From NCBI GenBank assembly GCA_963774265.1, contig CAVZDU010000001.1, forward strand, positions 512,001 to 576,000: 64,000 nt of DNA. Reading direction: 5' to 3'. The notes under the pieces were generated by a model, which saw nothing but the letters and a program-made list of their open reading frames with translations, searched no databases and had not been told where the DNA came from. The stretch is from an uncultured Chloroflexia bacterium (GTDB lineage: Bacteria > Chloroflexota > Anaerolineae > CG2-30-64-16). A program made the translations under genes and the position numbers. Positions 40,081-50,062 of this stretch are shown here, one piece after another. Position 1 is the stretch's first letter; every line of letters begins with the position of its first letter.

Positions 40081-40815
40081 CTAACTATCAGTGAGACGGT
40101 AGCTCGCGGGTAAAAGTTCCTGGTGCTCCATCAGGAGGTCGCGCACCTTGGCGCGGGCCCGGCTCAGCCGGGACTTTACGGTTCCCAGGGCCGCACCGGT
40201 GGCGTCGGCGATTTCCTGATAGTCGAGCCCTTCGACATCTGAGAGCACCAGCGCGGTCCGCTGGTCGGGCGGCAATTGCCCGATGGCCCCCTGGATCGCC
40301 ACCGCCAGCTCCTGGCGCATCACGTAAGCGTCAGGTCGCTCTGAGTTGTCGATCAGCCGAGAGTCGTACTCGGGATCATCCTCATCCTCGTCGCTCTCCA
40401 GGGGTGTGGTGGGCCGCCGCTTGCGTGCGCGCAACGCGTCATAGCACGTATTCGTGACGATACGCAGCAACCAGGACTTAAACGAACCGCCGCGATACTG
40501 GTTTAGCCGCTGGAAAGCCTTGACAAAGGCATCCTGCGTGGCATCCGCAGATAGGTCCGCATCTCCAGTAAGGCGGTAGGCGATGTTGTAGGCAAGGCTT
40601 TGATAGTGGAGAACGAGCTGATTGAACGCCGGAAGGTCCCCACGCTGCGCGGCAGCCAGAAGGGCGGCCTCATCATATTCGGGCCTGCCCGGCGACCCGC
40701 GGCGCCCGCCGCGATATCCGTCGTCAGCCAGCGACGCCGCCAGCACGACGAACGAGGCGCTGGTCTGCCAGGCTAGCTTGTAGAGATCAAACATCCGAAT
40801 CACCGGTTGTGACAA
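40081..40815 (-). CDS. ECF RNA polymerase sigma factor (start uncertain)
   Basis: AFNQLV, DATQDAF, SFKSWLLRI..N and Y.EIA...GTVKSRLSRAR motifs. Confidence 0.92.
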   Translation of the reverse strand: MSQPVIRMFDLYKLAWQTSASFVVLAASLADDGYRGGRRGSPGRPEYDEAALLAAAQRGDLPAFNQLVLHYQSLAYNIAYRLTGDADLSADATQDAFVKAFQRLNQYRGGSFKSWLLRIVTNTCYDALRARKRRPTTPLESDEDEDDPEYDSRLIDNSERPDAYVMRQELAVAIQGAIGQLPPDQRTALVLSDVEGLDYQEIADATGAALGTVKSRLSRARAKVRDLLMEHQELLPASYRLTDS

Positions 40816-40822
40816 GAAAAAC

Positions 40823-40851
40823 TTGACGCAGCATGCGCCTTCTGCTATACT
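40823..40851 (+). promoter_or_regulatory. sigma70 promoter of tRNA-Leu
   Basis: TTGACG-17 nt-TATACT with TGn. Confidence 0.75.
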
Positions 40852-40864
40852 CGTCTCTTGCTAC

Positions 40865-40947
40865 GCCGAAGTGGCGGAACGGTAGACGCGACGGTCTCAA
40901 ACACCGTTGGGGGTTGCCCCATGTGGGTTCGATTCCCACCTTCGGCA
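40865..40947 (+). tRNA. tRNA-Leu (anticodon CAA), CCA not encoded
   Basis: Acceptor GCCGAAG/CTTCGGC; anticodon arm ACGGT-CTCAAAC-ACCGT; long variable arm; T arm GTGGG-TTCGATT-CCCAC. Confidence 0.96.
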
Positions 40948-41180
40948 CTTTTGGCGGAATCCTCGCAGGTCACTTTATCTCATTATGTTGCGGGGTCCGC
41001 TACCACCCATGTGGAGCCATTATAGCAGTCTTGTCGCGAACCAGGCAAAGCCTGCATCCCAAACATGCACATGGGAATCTATACCAAATGCACGATGCTT
41101 CGGGTGGAGCGTCTGAACTGCCCTGCATGAGCTGTAAGGCGGCGAGGGTGCAACACCCCGGATCTCTGTACGAAAGTTAC

Positions 41181-42479
41181 ATGTCAGAACATCGAAGCTC
41201 TAACCGCGGCCCGATGGGCTTGCGGTCATTTCGTTTGTGCTCATTCCTCTTGCTGTTAGCCATCCTTGTATTCGCCGCCGCCTGCTCTTCATCTGCGGGT
41301 GGTTCAGGCTCTGCGACGGCTCGCGAGGCAGCCCTGCGACAGATTGCTGCGGAATATGCGCGCACGGGTGACCTGACGCAGGCGCAGGCCGCGTTGGACA
41401 GGCTGAATCTTGCCAACCCCGGCCAGTTGCTCCTGTCCCTGGCAGAGGCGGACGTCGCCACCGGCCGCGCCCGCGAGGAAATCGAGGCGACTGCCGCACT
41501 TGCTGAGATGTTGGGAGCGCGCAGTCAGAAGCTCACCGCCTATCTCTCGCCGACGATGGCGCCGGTCCCCACTCGGGAAGCTGTCCCTCCAACCGCTGCC
41601 CCAACCGTTGTGGTCGCGACGATAGAGCCGGCTTCGCCCATCCCGCCTTCACCGACGAGTATGGCGACGGCAACATTGGCGCCTACTGCTATTGAGCCGC
41701 CGCCCACCGCCAGCTCGACGCCCGAACCGCAAGAGCCGCGCGTCATAGCAGATGGCAATGTGAATTTACGCAGTGGTCCCGGCAGGGCCTACCCGGTGAT
41801 CGGCCAGCTGCGCGGGGGCCAGGAGACGCCGATTATCGGTCGTAACGCGAGCGGCGATTGGTGGCAGATAGAGTTCACGGGCGCACGCCAGGCGTGGGTT
41901 GCCGGCACGGTGGTTCGCGTCCTGGGTGCAATCGACACGGTCGCCGTGGCCAAGAATATTCCTGCGCCGCCCACCGCTGCCCCGCGGCCCACTGCCGCGC
42001 CCCAACCGACTGCGCCTCCCGCCGCGCCGGCAGGACCGCATTTCACGCTTGTGGTGCGGCGTCTGTGGACCCTGGAGGAAACGGGGGGCCATCTTGCAGG
42101 TGGAATATCGGTGAATTGCGGTTATGCGCATAATCTTCATGTCTACGTAAAGGATGCGGCCGGCAATTTACTCAACGGCGTGACCATCAGAGAGGCGGGT
42201 GGCGTTCAGCAGGAGCTGGCGAGCGGAAGCAAGGCGCCCGGGATGGCTGAGTTCGACCTGTATCCTCCCGGCAAAGATGTCTATATCATTCGTGATGTCG
42301 ACGGACGGCAGGCAACCAGTGACACCGGCGCGGCGCCGACCCTTACCGCCCCGATACCTTACGATATTCTGAGGGGTTCGCATTACTGCACGGACGATGC
42401 CGACTGCGCACACTTTGTCTCGGAGGGTGGCTGCAACGGTCACTATACCTGGGATATGGAATTCCGGCGGAACTACTAG
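41181..42479 (+). CDS. Lipoprotein with Pro/Thr linker, bacterial SH3 domain and C-terminal unnamed domain
   Basis: FAAAC lipobox; VNLRSGPG..Y..IG..GRN...WWQI...WV. The longer track ORF from 40833 runs through the tRNA and is not the real start. Confidence 0.82.
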   Translation: MSEHRSSNRGPMGLRSFRLCSFLLLLAILVFAAACSSSAGGSGSATAREAALRQIAAEYARTGDLTQAQAALDRLNLANPGQLLLSLAEADVATGRAREEIEATAALAEMLGARSQKLTAYLSPTMAPVPTREAVPPTAAPTVVVATIEPASPIPPSPTSMATATLAPTAIEPPPTASSTPEPQEPRVIADGNVNLRSGPGRAYPVIGQLRGGQETPIIGRNASGDWWQIEFTGARQAWVAGTVVRVLGAIDTVAVAKNIPAPPTAAPRPTAAPQPTAPPAAPAGPHFTLVVRRLWTLEETGGHLAGGISVNCGYAHNLHVYVKDAAGNLLNGVTIREAGGVQQELASGSKAPGMAEFDLYPPGKDVYIIRDVDGRQATSDTGAAPTLTAPIPYDILRGSHYCTDDADCAHFVSEGGCNGHYTWDMEFRRNY

Positions 42480-42544
42480 ACGCCGCTGCCTTTGATGCCT
42501 GAGTTGCCCGTCGCACGTTAGCGGGTAAATGAGGAGAATTGCTA

Positions 42545-44317
42545 GTGAAAGAATCTATGATGGAAAACACGCCGCTATTCTCGGTCCTGACCGAGGAGCA
42601 GCGTTCCCTGATCGCAGACCGCATGGTCGCCGAAACGCGTCGCGCTGGCGAGATCGTGTACCAGCAGGGACGACCCGCTTCAGCCCTCTACCTGATCCGT
42701 TCCGGCTGGGCTCGACTGCTCAGCGACCAACTCGGCGTGCTCAGCAATGTGGGCTCAGGCTCGTTGCTGGGCGAAACCGATATGGTCCTCGGTCGAAGCT
42801 ACAGCGTCTCCGCGGAGGCTGCGTCTGACTTGTCGCTGTGGGCCTTGCGGGATACGGATCTGAAAGCGGTCTTCGAGCAGAATCCCACCATTGCACGGGC
42901 CCTCAAGGTGGCATTGGGCGTAAGCGAGGACCAGACGCTGGAGCGGCATCTCCGCAAGCTCGAGCTGATGCATGGGTTGCAACCTCACGAGTTGCGCGAT
43001 GTGGCTGCGCATCTGCGGCCAGAGCATTTTGACGCCGGTCAGACCGTCTACCGCCAGGGTGCGGAGGGGGAGGCGCTCTACCTGCTTGACCAGGGTCAGG
43101 TGCAGGTCAGTAGCAATGCAGGCGTCATTGCCACAATCGGCGCCGGCGACGTCTTCGGCGAAGGTGCATTCCTCACCGGGGAGACGCGCAGCACGACCAT
43201 TACGGCGCTTACGGACGTAGTCGCCTGGTCGCTCGGCCGGACCGATTTCGAGCAATTGGCGTTGCGCTACCCGTCCCTGGCATTGAACCTCAGCCGGACG
43301 ATGAGCCGCAGGTTGCGCGAACGCAATCTCCGCGCCGCTGTTATTACGACGGCTCCGGCCGTCACTCCCGCCGTGACGTCATTGCCGGCGGCCGCTCCTG
43401 TGGTGATGCCGCCGCCCGCGGCCCCACCCTCGGCGGTGCCTGGCGCCTTGACCGGTCTTCATCGTGCTGCTGGAGCGGCCCCCTCCTGGTGGAGCCAGAG
43501 CAGCACGGGCGCGAAGGTGCGCCTGGTTGCTGTGATCGTCCTGTTGCTTTGGGTGCTCGGTGCGGCCGCCATTGCGGTGATCAACTCGCTCGTCGCTCAG
43601 AACACGGGCGTGAGTCGCTCAGCACCCATCGCTGCCGGGTTCCAGGAACGTGCAGTCCGCGTGGCGCTGGCTGCAGATCTGCCGGTGGATGTGACGGCAA
43701 CCTACACGCCTTGGCCGACCGAGACGCCCATTCCGACCGCGACGTTCACGCCCACTCCGATACCTACAGAGACGCCCATTCCGACCGCGACATTTACCCC
43801 GACGGATACCCCGGTGCCGCCGACGGACACGCCGGCGCCGACGCGTGTGCCGGTGAGGTCAGTCGCCCGCGCAGCCGCCGCACCTGCGGTGCAGGCTGCC
43901 GTAGCTGCCGCACCCGCTCCTGCGCCGAAGTCAAGCACACAGTTCACCGTGATCGAATCTCGCCGTCTTAGCCCTTGCGAGAACCGCGGCATGCACAACA
44001 TCTTTATGAAGGTAGTAGATGGGGCCGGCAACCCGGTCGACGGGGTTACGTTGGTGCAGACCCCCAATGGGCAGCCTGGCAACGTGCTGGATAAGCAGGT
44101 TTCGGGCTCCAAGGGGCCGGGGCAGGCCGAGTTCTTGCTGTGGAAGATGGCCGAGTACAGCGTCTATGTGAGCGGAGATGGTGTGAACCCCGGCAACAGC
44201 GAGATCGCTCAGCCGCTCCATTCGAATTTCACCGACGAGGCGGAGTGTAGTTCGGGCGGTGGTGGCAACACCCTGTTCCACAACTCCTTCAGCGTGGTGT
44301 TTCGCAAGAATTTCTAA
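42545..44317 (+). CDS. Two cNMP-binding domains, TM, Pro/Thr linker and extracellular unnamed domain
   Basis: YQQG..LYLI.SG..LGE and YRQG..LYLL.QG..FGE..R.T domains; GAGGAG RBS. Confidence 0.82.
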   Translation: MKESMMENTPLFSVLTEEQRSLIADRMVAETRRAGEIVYQQGRPASALYLIRSGWARLLSDQLGVLSNVGSGSLLGETDMVLGRSYSVSAEAASDLSLWALRDTDLKAVFEQNPTIARALKVALGVSEDQTLERHLRKLELMHGLQPHELRDVAAHLRPEHFDAGQTVYRQGAEGEALYLLDQGQVQVSSNAGVIATIGAGDVFGEGAFLTGETRSTTITALTDVVAWSLGRTDFEQLALRYPSLALNLSRTMSRRLRERNLRAAVITTAPAVTPAVTSLPAAAPVVMPPPAAPPSAVPGALTGLHRAAGAAPSWWSQSSTGAKVRLVAVIVLLLWVLGAAAIAVINSLVAQNTGVSRSAPIAAGFQERAVRVALAADLPVDVTATYTPWPTETPIPTATFTPTPIPTETPIPTATFTPTDTPVPPTDTPAPTRVPVRSVARAAAAPAVQAAVAAAPAPAPKSSTQFTVIESRRLSPCENRGMHNIFMKVVDGAGNPVDGVTLVQTPNGQPGNVLDKQVSGSKGPGQAEFLLWKMAEYSVYVSGDGVNPGNSEIAQPLHSNFTDEAECSSGGGGNTLFHNSFSVVFRKNF

Positions 44318-44339
44318 ACCACAGACCTTACGCCTTCAG

Positions 44340-44366
44340 GCCCCGAGTCCAACTCGGGGCTTTTTT
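44340..44366 (+). terminator. Rho-independent terminator
   Basis: GCCCCGAGT-CCA-ACTCGGGGC-TTTTTT. Confidence 0.88.
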
Positions 44367-44373
44367 GTTCTCG

Positions 44374-44403
44374 TTGACACCGGCAAGGCGGAAATGCTAA
44401 ACT
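44374..44403 (+). promoter_or_regulatory. sigma70-type promoter
   Basis: TTGACA-18 nt-TAAACT with TGn. Confidence 0.55.
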
Positions 44404-44460
44404 GGTCGCGAGCGCATCTATCGGCCGCCGCCTGGACTATGTGTCGGATGGAGTAGCACC

Positions 44461-45603
44461 ATGTTGGACTACACGTTGACCGGGGAACAGGAGATGATCC
44501 GGGATCTGGCCCGGAGCTTCGCAAAGAAAGAGATCCTCCCCGTCGCCGAATTGTACGACCGCAACGATGAATACCCCTGGCCCGTCGTCAAGAAAGCCCA
44601 GAAACTCGGGCTGATCAGCTCGAATGTTCCCGAGCGTTACGGCGGTCCTGGCTTTGGAGTAGTGGAAGAATGCATCATCAACGAGGAGCTCGCCTGGGGC
44701 TGCTCCGGCATTCAGACCGCGTTGATGCTAAACAACGTTGCCGCCTGGCCCATCATCCTGGTCGGAACAGAGGACCAGAAGCAGCGCTATCTGCCGAGGC
44801 TTACACAGGGCGGTGAATTGGGCGCTTATGCCCTGACCGAACCTGCTGCGGGTTCCGACGTTGCGGGCCTCCTCACAGCAGCCGTCAGGCAGGGCGAAGA
44901 ATATCTCCTCACCGGCACGAAAACCTGGATCACTAACGCACCGGTTGCTAGCTTTTTCATCGCTTTTGCCAAAACCGACTTCGAGGCGCGACATCGCGGC
45001 ATGAGTGCCTTTATCGTGGATCGGGAATGGCCAGGCGTCACTTTGAGCAAGCCGATGAAGAAGATGGGCCAGCACGCCGCGTGGACGGGCGAAATCGTCA
45101 TGGAAGACGTGCGTGTGCCAGCAGAAAACCGGTTGGGGAATGAAGGCGACGGCTTTGCGATCGCAATGAGGGTGTTCGACCGTTCTCGACCGCCTGTGGC
45201 TGCGGCCGCGGTCGGAGTTGCTCGCCGCGCCCTCGACGAAGCAACCCGATACGCGATGCAACGCAAGGCCTTCGGCAAGCGTATCGTCGAGCACCAGGGC
45301 ATCGGCTTCATGCTGGCCGACATGGCCATGAGTATCGAGGCCGCTGAACACCTGGTTCGTCATTCGGCCTGGCTGATCGATCAAGGCTTACCCAACGTGA
45401 AGGAAGCGGCTATGGCGAAGGCCTTTGCTGCTGACGCATGTATGAAAGTCACGACCGACGCGGTTCAGGTTTTTGGTGGTTACGGGTACAGTGCAGAGTA
45501 TCCGGTCGAGAAGCTGATGCGCGATGCCAAGATTTATCAGATCTACGAGGGCACGAGTCAGATCCAGCGTGTGATTATTGCACGTGAGCTGACCAGGCGT
45601 TAG
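44461..45603 (+). CDS. Acyl-CoA dehydrogenase
   Basis: ALTEPAAGSD, GTKTWITN, RKAFG, QVFGGYGY and IYEGT motifs. Confidence 0.95.
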   Translation: MLDYTLTGEQEMIRDLARSFAKKEILPVAELYDRNDEYPWPVVKKAQKLGLISSNVPERYGGPGFGVVEECIINEELAWGCSGIQTALMLNNVAAWPIILVGTEDQKQRYLPRLTQGGELGAYALTEPAAGSDVAGLLTAAVRQGEEYLLTGTKTWITNAPVASFFIAFAKTDFEARHRGMSAFIVDREWPGVTLSKPMKKMGQHAAWTGEIVMEDVRVPAENRLGNEGDGFAIAMRVFDRSRPPVAAAAVGVARRALDEATRYAMQRKAFGKRIVEHQGIGFMLADMAMSIEAAEHLVRHSAWLIDQGLPNVKEAAMAKAFAADACMKVTTDAVQVFGGYGYSAEYPVEKLMRDAKIYQIYEGTSQIQRVIIARELTRR

Positions 45604-45621
45604 GAGCGGGATAGAGGTGCT

Positions 45622-48222
45622 TTGTTGAATCGCACAGCCACCACCGCCTTAAACGTCACACTGAAAGGCTTCGAACGCACCCGTAGGCCGAAAACCGCAG
45701 GACGTCTGCGCCTGGATGGATTGCACGAATGGGTCGAGATCTTTCGCGATTCATGGGGCGTCCCCCACATCTACGCGCACAGCGCACATGACCTCCTCTT
45801 CGCGCAGGGCTTCGTTCACGCGCAGGATCGGCTATGGCAGATGGACTTCCAACGACGGGTGGTCGCTGGACGCCTGGCCGAGGTGCTGGGAGATATCGCC
45901 CTCCAGACAGATCGCGGCCTCCGCATTCTTGGCATGTATCGAGTCGCTGAGGCTGAAGTCGGCCTGCTCGGGGATGAAAGCCGGGTCGAGCTGGAGGCGT
46001 ACACGGCCGGCGTCAATGCGTGCATTGCGCGGCAGCCGCTTCCGGTTGAGTTCACGCTGCTGCGTTATCAACCCGAGCCGTGGACCCCGGCCGATTCGCT
46101 GTGCTGGGCGAAAATGATCTCGTGGGGCCTGTCCATCAACTGGGAGACAGAGCTGCTGCGGGCGCGTCTGATTGCCGAATTGGGTCCCGATCTGGCCGCA
46201 GAGCTGGAGCCGCCGCAGCCGTTTGGCACCTGGCCGATTGTCACAGCGGGCTTGGGCGGTAAGCTCTCCGAGCGCAGTTCCGAACAAAACGAAGGAACGC
46301 AGGGGGCGCTTGCGCCGCACGCGCTGCCGCACAGTGCAAGCAGGGATGCTCACCGCCCCCGGCCGACCGTCTCCGCGGGAATGGACCCTGACCCACGGTC
46401 CGCGGGTGGTTCGATGGGCAGCAACAACTGGGTCCTCGCCGGCTCGCGCACCGTGACCGGCAAACCAATCCTTGCCAACGACATGCATCTGCCACTCACG
46501 GCGCCTGCCATCTGGTACGAGAACCACCTGGTGTCGGCTGGCGAACCCGACGCGCTCGATGTCACAGGCATCACCTTTCCCGGCATCCCCTACGTTATCG
46601 CCGGGCACAACGGGCGGGTGGCCTGGGGCTTCACCAACGGCTACCCCGATGTGCAGGACCTTTACATGGAGCGCCTGCGCCGCACTCCGAGCGGAGTGCA
46701 GTTCGAGTACGACGGTGAGTGGCATGATGCGGAGGTGCATCGGGAGGAAATCCGGGTCAAGGGCAGCCCGTCCGTTGTTCAGGAAGTGATCGTCACCCGC
46801 CATGGTCCGATTATCAATGAATTGGCGCCAGGCCTGGCCACGGGCTTGGGGTCGGACGGTCTGCCTGAAGAGCCTCTCGCACTGCGATGGACCTCCCTCG
46901 ATCCCGCGACGATGGTTGAGGCTCTGCGCGTTATGAACCACAGCCGGACCTGTGATGAGTTTCGTGAGGCCCTGCGGCACTGGGTCGCGCCGGTGCAGAA
47001 CGTTGTCTATGCTGACACACACGGCGACATCGGCTACAGCTATCCTGGTCGTGTGCCGATCCGCGCAAAAGGAGATGGTCGTGTTCCTGTCCCTGGCTGG
47101 ACGAGCGAGCACGAATGGCTCGGCTACATCCCGTTTGACGAGCTGCCGCATCAAAAGAATCCGGCCTCCGGCTACGTGATCTCCGCGAATAACAGAGCGG
47201 TCGACGACAGATATCCATACTTCCTTGGCCGTGAGTTCGGTATGGGCGACAGGGCCGAGAGGATCCTTGCTTTGGTCGAGTCCACCCCGAGGATGGATGT
47301 CATTGATATTCGCAGGATGCACCTGGATCAAATCTCACCATCTCTGGGCCGGCTCGCGAGGCGCCTGGCCAGCCTGGAGGTTGCTGACCCTGCCTTGCAG
47401 GGCCTGGTGACCCTGGTCAAAGGGTGGGATGGCTGGCTGTCGGCCGACAGCCCGGCGACCTCCGTGTGTGAAGTGTTCGGACTGCTGTTGCAAAAGGTGG
47501 TCATGGAGGCGAAGCTCGACGCCGGGCGACAGGCCGACAGCGCCGGGCACACCCTTACACAGCGAGTCATGGGGGTCGGGCCCATGCCGGGTATACAAGA
47601 GGCCACCTTCTTCTCGCATCGCCTGTGGGAATGGATGTACACCGCGCTCGAACGGCCGGATTGGCACTGGTTTGACCTCGGCGGCGGGGAGAGGCGCGAC
47701 GATGTGATGCGCCTGGCGCTGCAGCGAACGTACGACTATCTGCAAGATCGGCTGGGTGAGCCCCAAATGCCGGATTATCACAGTTGGGCGTGGGGACGGC
47801 TGCACATGTTGACGTTTGGGCACGTGGCCGGCCGCGTGCCGGCCCTCGCGGGGCATTTCAACCGCGGCCCGTACCCGGTCGGGGGCGACGGGAATACCAT
47901 TTTTGCGACTGGCGGTGGGTTGACCGTCGAAGCGAGCACCGCGGTTATTGGGCCGCCGTTCAGGTTCATCGCGGATCTGTCAGATCTCTCGAAATGTTAT
48001 GGCTTGTTAGCGCCCGGCAATTCTGGCCGGCCGGACAGTCCGCACTACGATGATCAGATCGAGGCATGGTTCAAGGGGCAATACCATCCGATGCTCTACG
48101 CACGCGACGATGTTGAGCACGGCGCGCGCCATTGGTTGCTGCTTTCCCCGCAACAGCAAGTCACCGCCGCGTCAGGCCCCAGAGGAAGGCGGCTGCGGCT
48201 GCGACGAAAAGGCCAGTCGTGA
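45622..48222 (+). CDS. Penicillin acylase family (Ntn hydrolase, S45)
   Basis: RD.WGVPHI, AQDRLWQM, GSNNW, ANDMH, SANN and GNSG..SPHY.DQ motifs. Confidence 0.93.
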   Translation: MLNRTATTALNVTLKGFERTRRPKTAGRLRLDGLHEWVEIFRDSWGVPHIYAHSAHDLLFAQGFVHAQDRLWQMDFQRRVVAGRLAEVLGDIALQTDRGLRILGMYRVAEAEVGLLGDESRVELEAYTAGVNACIARQPLPVEFTLLRYQPEPWTPADSLCWAKMISWGLSINWETELLRARLIAELGPDLAAELEPPQPFGTWPIVTAGLGGKLSERSSEQNEGTQGALAPHALPHSASRDAHRPRPTVSAGMDPDPRSAGGSMGSNNWVLAGSRTVTGKPILANDMHLPLTAPAIWYENHLVSAGEPDALDVTGITFPGIPYVIAGHNGRVAWGFTNGYPDVQDLYMERLRRTPSGVQFEYDGEWHDAEVHREEIRVKGSPSVVQEVIVTRHGPIINELAPGLATGLGSDGLPEEPLALRWTSLDPATMVEALRVMNHSRTCDEFREALRHWVAPVQNVVYADTHGDIGYSYPGRVPIRAKGDGRVPVPGWTSEHEWLGYIPFDELPHQKNPASGYVISANNRAVDDRYPYFLGREFGMGDRAERILALVESTPRMDVIDIRRMHLDQISPSLGRLARRLASLEVADPALQGLVTLVKGWDGWLSADSPATSVCEVFGLLLQKVVMEAKLDAGRQADSAGHTLTQRVMGVGPMPGIQEATFFSHRLWEWMYTALERPDWHWFDLGGGERRDDVMRLALQRTYDYLQDRLGEPQMPDYHSWAWGRLHMLTFGHVAGRVPALAGHFNRGPYPVGGDGNTIFATGGGLTVEASTAVIGPPFRFIADLSDLSKCYGLLAPGNSGRPDSPHYDDQIEAWFKGQYHPMLYARDDVEHGARHWLLLSPQQQVTAASGPRGRRLRLRRKGQS

Positions 48223-49934
48223 CGGCGGTGGAGCCATCTGTTGAACGTAACACCACCCCCGCGATCAGAAGGCCTGCGGCGAATATCCCCCAGGTGAGCC
48301 TGTCCACAGCGCGTTCGAGACGGCGCACGGCCTTTGCAGCATCTGGGGCGAGCGCGGTTTGCTGCGTCAGCTCTCCCCGCTCGGCCGCGGTAAGGAGTCG
48401 ATCCAGCCGAGCAGGCAGCAGGAGCGCCAACTGCACCATTCTGCCCAACTCATCCAGGATGCCGCGCCAGTCGCGCGTGAGCTGGGCTGAAGCCAGTCGC
48501 TCGGCGAAGGGCAGTGTCGCGGCCCACGGATCGAAGTGTGGGTCGAGGGTCGTTGCCATGCCCGAGAGGATGGCGACCGCGCGCATGGCAAAAAGCACGT
48601 CCGTGGGAAATTGGAATGGCATCTCGTAGATGAGATCGCTGTACTCGCGTACCATGAACTGCGCCTGCTGCATGGCGACATCGCTGAGCTGCCCCATCCG
48701 TACGCCGCCGAACCGGGCGAACATGACCTCGTGCAATTCTTCGATGCGCTGTCGGTCCGCCCCAGGTAGCAACACCCCGGCATCGTAGTAGGCTTGCACC
48801 AGTCTCCGCGCATCTCGCGTCCCCACCGCAATGGCCACATCTCGCATGGCGCCGCGCATGCTCTCAGGGATCACCGCAACCATGCCGAAGTCAACGAAGA
48901 TCAGCCAGAATGGTCGGGGTGCATCGGGTCGGGCCTTGGGGTCCGGGTCCAGCGGGTGGATGAACAGGTTGCCCGGGTGCGGATCGGCATGGACGAAGCT
49001 GTGGACGAAGATTTGCTCCAGGTAGGTATCGTATAGCCTGCGGGCGACCTCCGCTCGGCTGATGCCTGCCGCTTCAATCGCCTTCAAATCATCGACCTTG
49101 ATGCTGGCGACATTCTCCAGGGTCAACACGCGTCGTGTGGTGTACTCCCAGAAGACATCTGCAATGTAGATGCCGTGATCGTTCGCGAAGTCACCTGCAA
49201 AACGGTCCGCATTGCGGCCTTCAGCGACGAAATCCAGTTCCAGCGCGCGTGGTGCGCGCGAATTCCTCATATAGCCGGTCAAGGTCCGCATGCCGGGTGA
49301 TCGGTCCGTAGAATTTGAGCCAGTTGGCGGCGAGCCGCAGCGCCGCCAGATCCGTCTCGACGAGCGACTCGATCCGCGGCCGTTGCACCTTGACCACCAC
49401 TTCCTCTCCGGTGTGTAATCGCGCCTGATGCACCTGGGCCAACGATGCCGCCGCTTGGGGCACGGGGGAGAGCCAGGCGTAGACCTCTTCGACCGATCGT
49501 TTGAATTCCTCCTCGATGACCCTGCGCACGTCGTCTAGCGTCTCGGCAGGCACCTCATCTTGCAGGCCGCGCAACTCCGCGGTGACCTCCGGTGGCAAGA
49601 CATCCACGCGAATGCTGAGAAACTGACCGAGCTTGATCAGTACACCGCCATAATGCAGCGCAAGCACACGGTAATGTCGGGCATGGCCGCGCCAACGCGG
49701 CAGGGTTGTGGAGCGCACGTAAGTGCGGAAGCCGGGCACATGCCCCAGGATCAGGTCCCAGGCGATAAACGAGAGGAAAACGCGGGCGAAGAAGAAGGCG
49801 ACGCGCAGGTAGCGGCCGCGATCGAGGGCTGGTGCAATGTTCTCCGAGGTTTGCACCAACTGGGCAAGCTCATCCAACACTGCCTGCCCGCCGGGCGCCG
49901 TTCTGGCGCGTCGAAAGCGGCGCCCTATCGTCAT
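48161..49934 (-). CDS. ABC1/UbiB (AarF) family kinase (frameshift near 49243)
   Basis: IKLGQ, LQD, AAS.AQVH and VVKVQRP in one frame; ELDF..EG, HADPHPGN and DFGM in the other. Confidence 0.9.
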
Positions 49935-49940
49935 GGTGTC

Positions 49941-50016
49941 ATTGTACCCCTCTTCATTTGCGTGTCAACAAATCACGGCGCAAGGGTTTTGACAGAAGCA
50001 CATTGGCGTCTATAAT
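49941..50016. promoter_or_regulatory. Back-to-back sigma70 promoters
   Basis: Plus strand TTGACA(49989)-16-TATAAT(50011). Minus strand TTGACA(49968)-16-TACAAT(49946), with ATG 49934 only 6 nt after the -10. Confidence 0.7.
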
Positions 50017-50062
50017 CGCACCAATACAATTATACACGCCCCCGGCGTGAGACGTACGGGAC

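Noticed and set aside
40833-41180. N-terminal 116 aa of track ORF 40833-42479
   Set aside because: Overlaps the tRNA-Leu and its promoter; the lipoprotein signal begins after 41181.
40865-41180. Integrative element at tRNA-Leu
   Set aside because: No integrase and no duplicated tRNA 3' end seen in the window.
43700-43845. Direct repeats GAGACGCCCATTCCGACCGCGAC as a CRISPR or mobile repeat
   Set aside because: In-frame coding repeats of PTETPIPTATFTPT in a Pro/Thr linker; two copies only, no cas genes.
45832-47331. Long antisense or alternate-frame ORFs (e.g. 45832-47331, 54546-55628, 25933-26994, 6174-7154, 34182-35186)
   Set aside because: Shadows of well-supported genes in GC-rich DNA; no recognisable motifs.
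48161-48222. Convergent 3' overlaps (48161-48222, 11115-11142, 24906-24919) as a regulatory system
   Set aside because: Short tail overlaps are common in compact GC-rich genomes; no further support.
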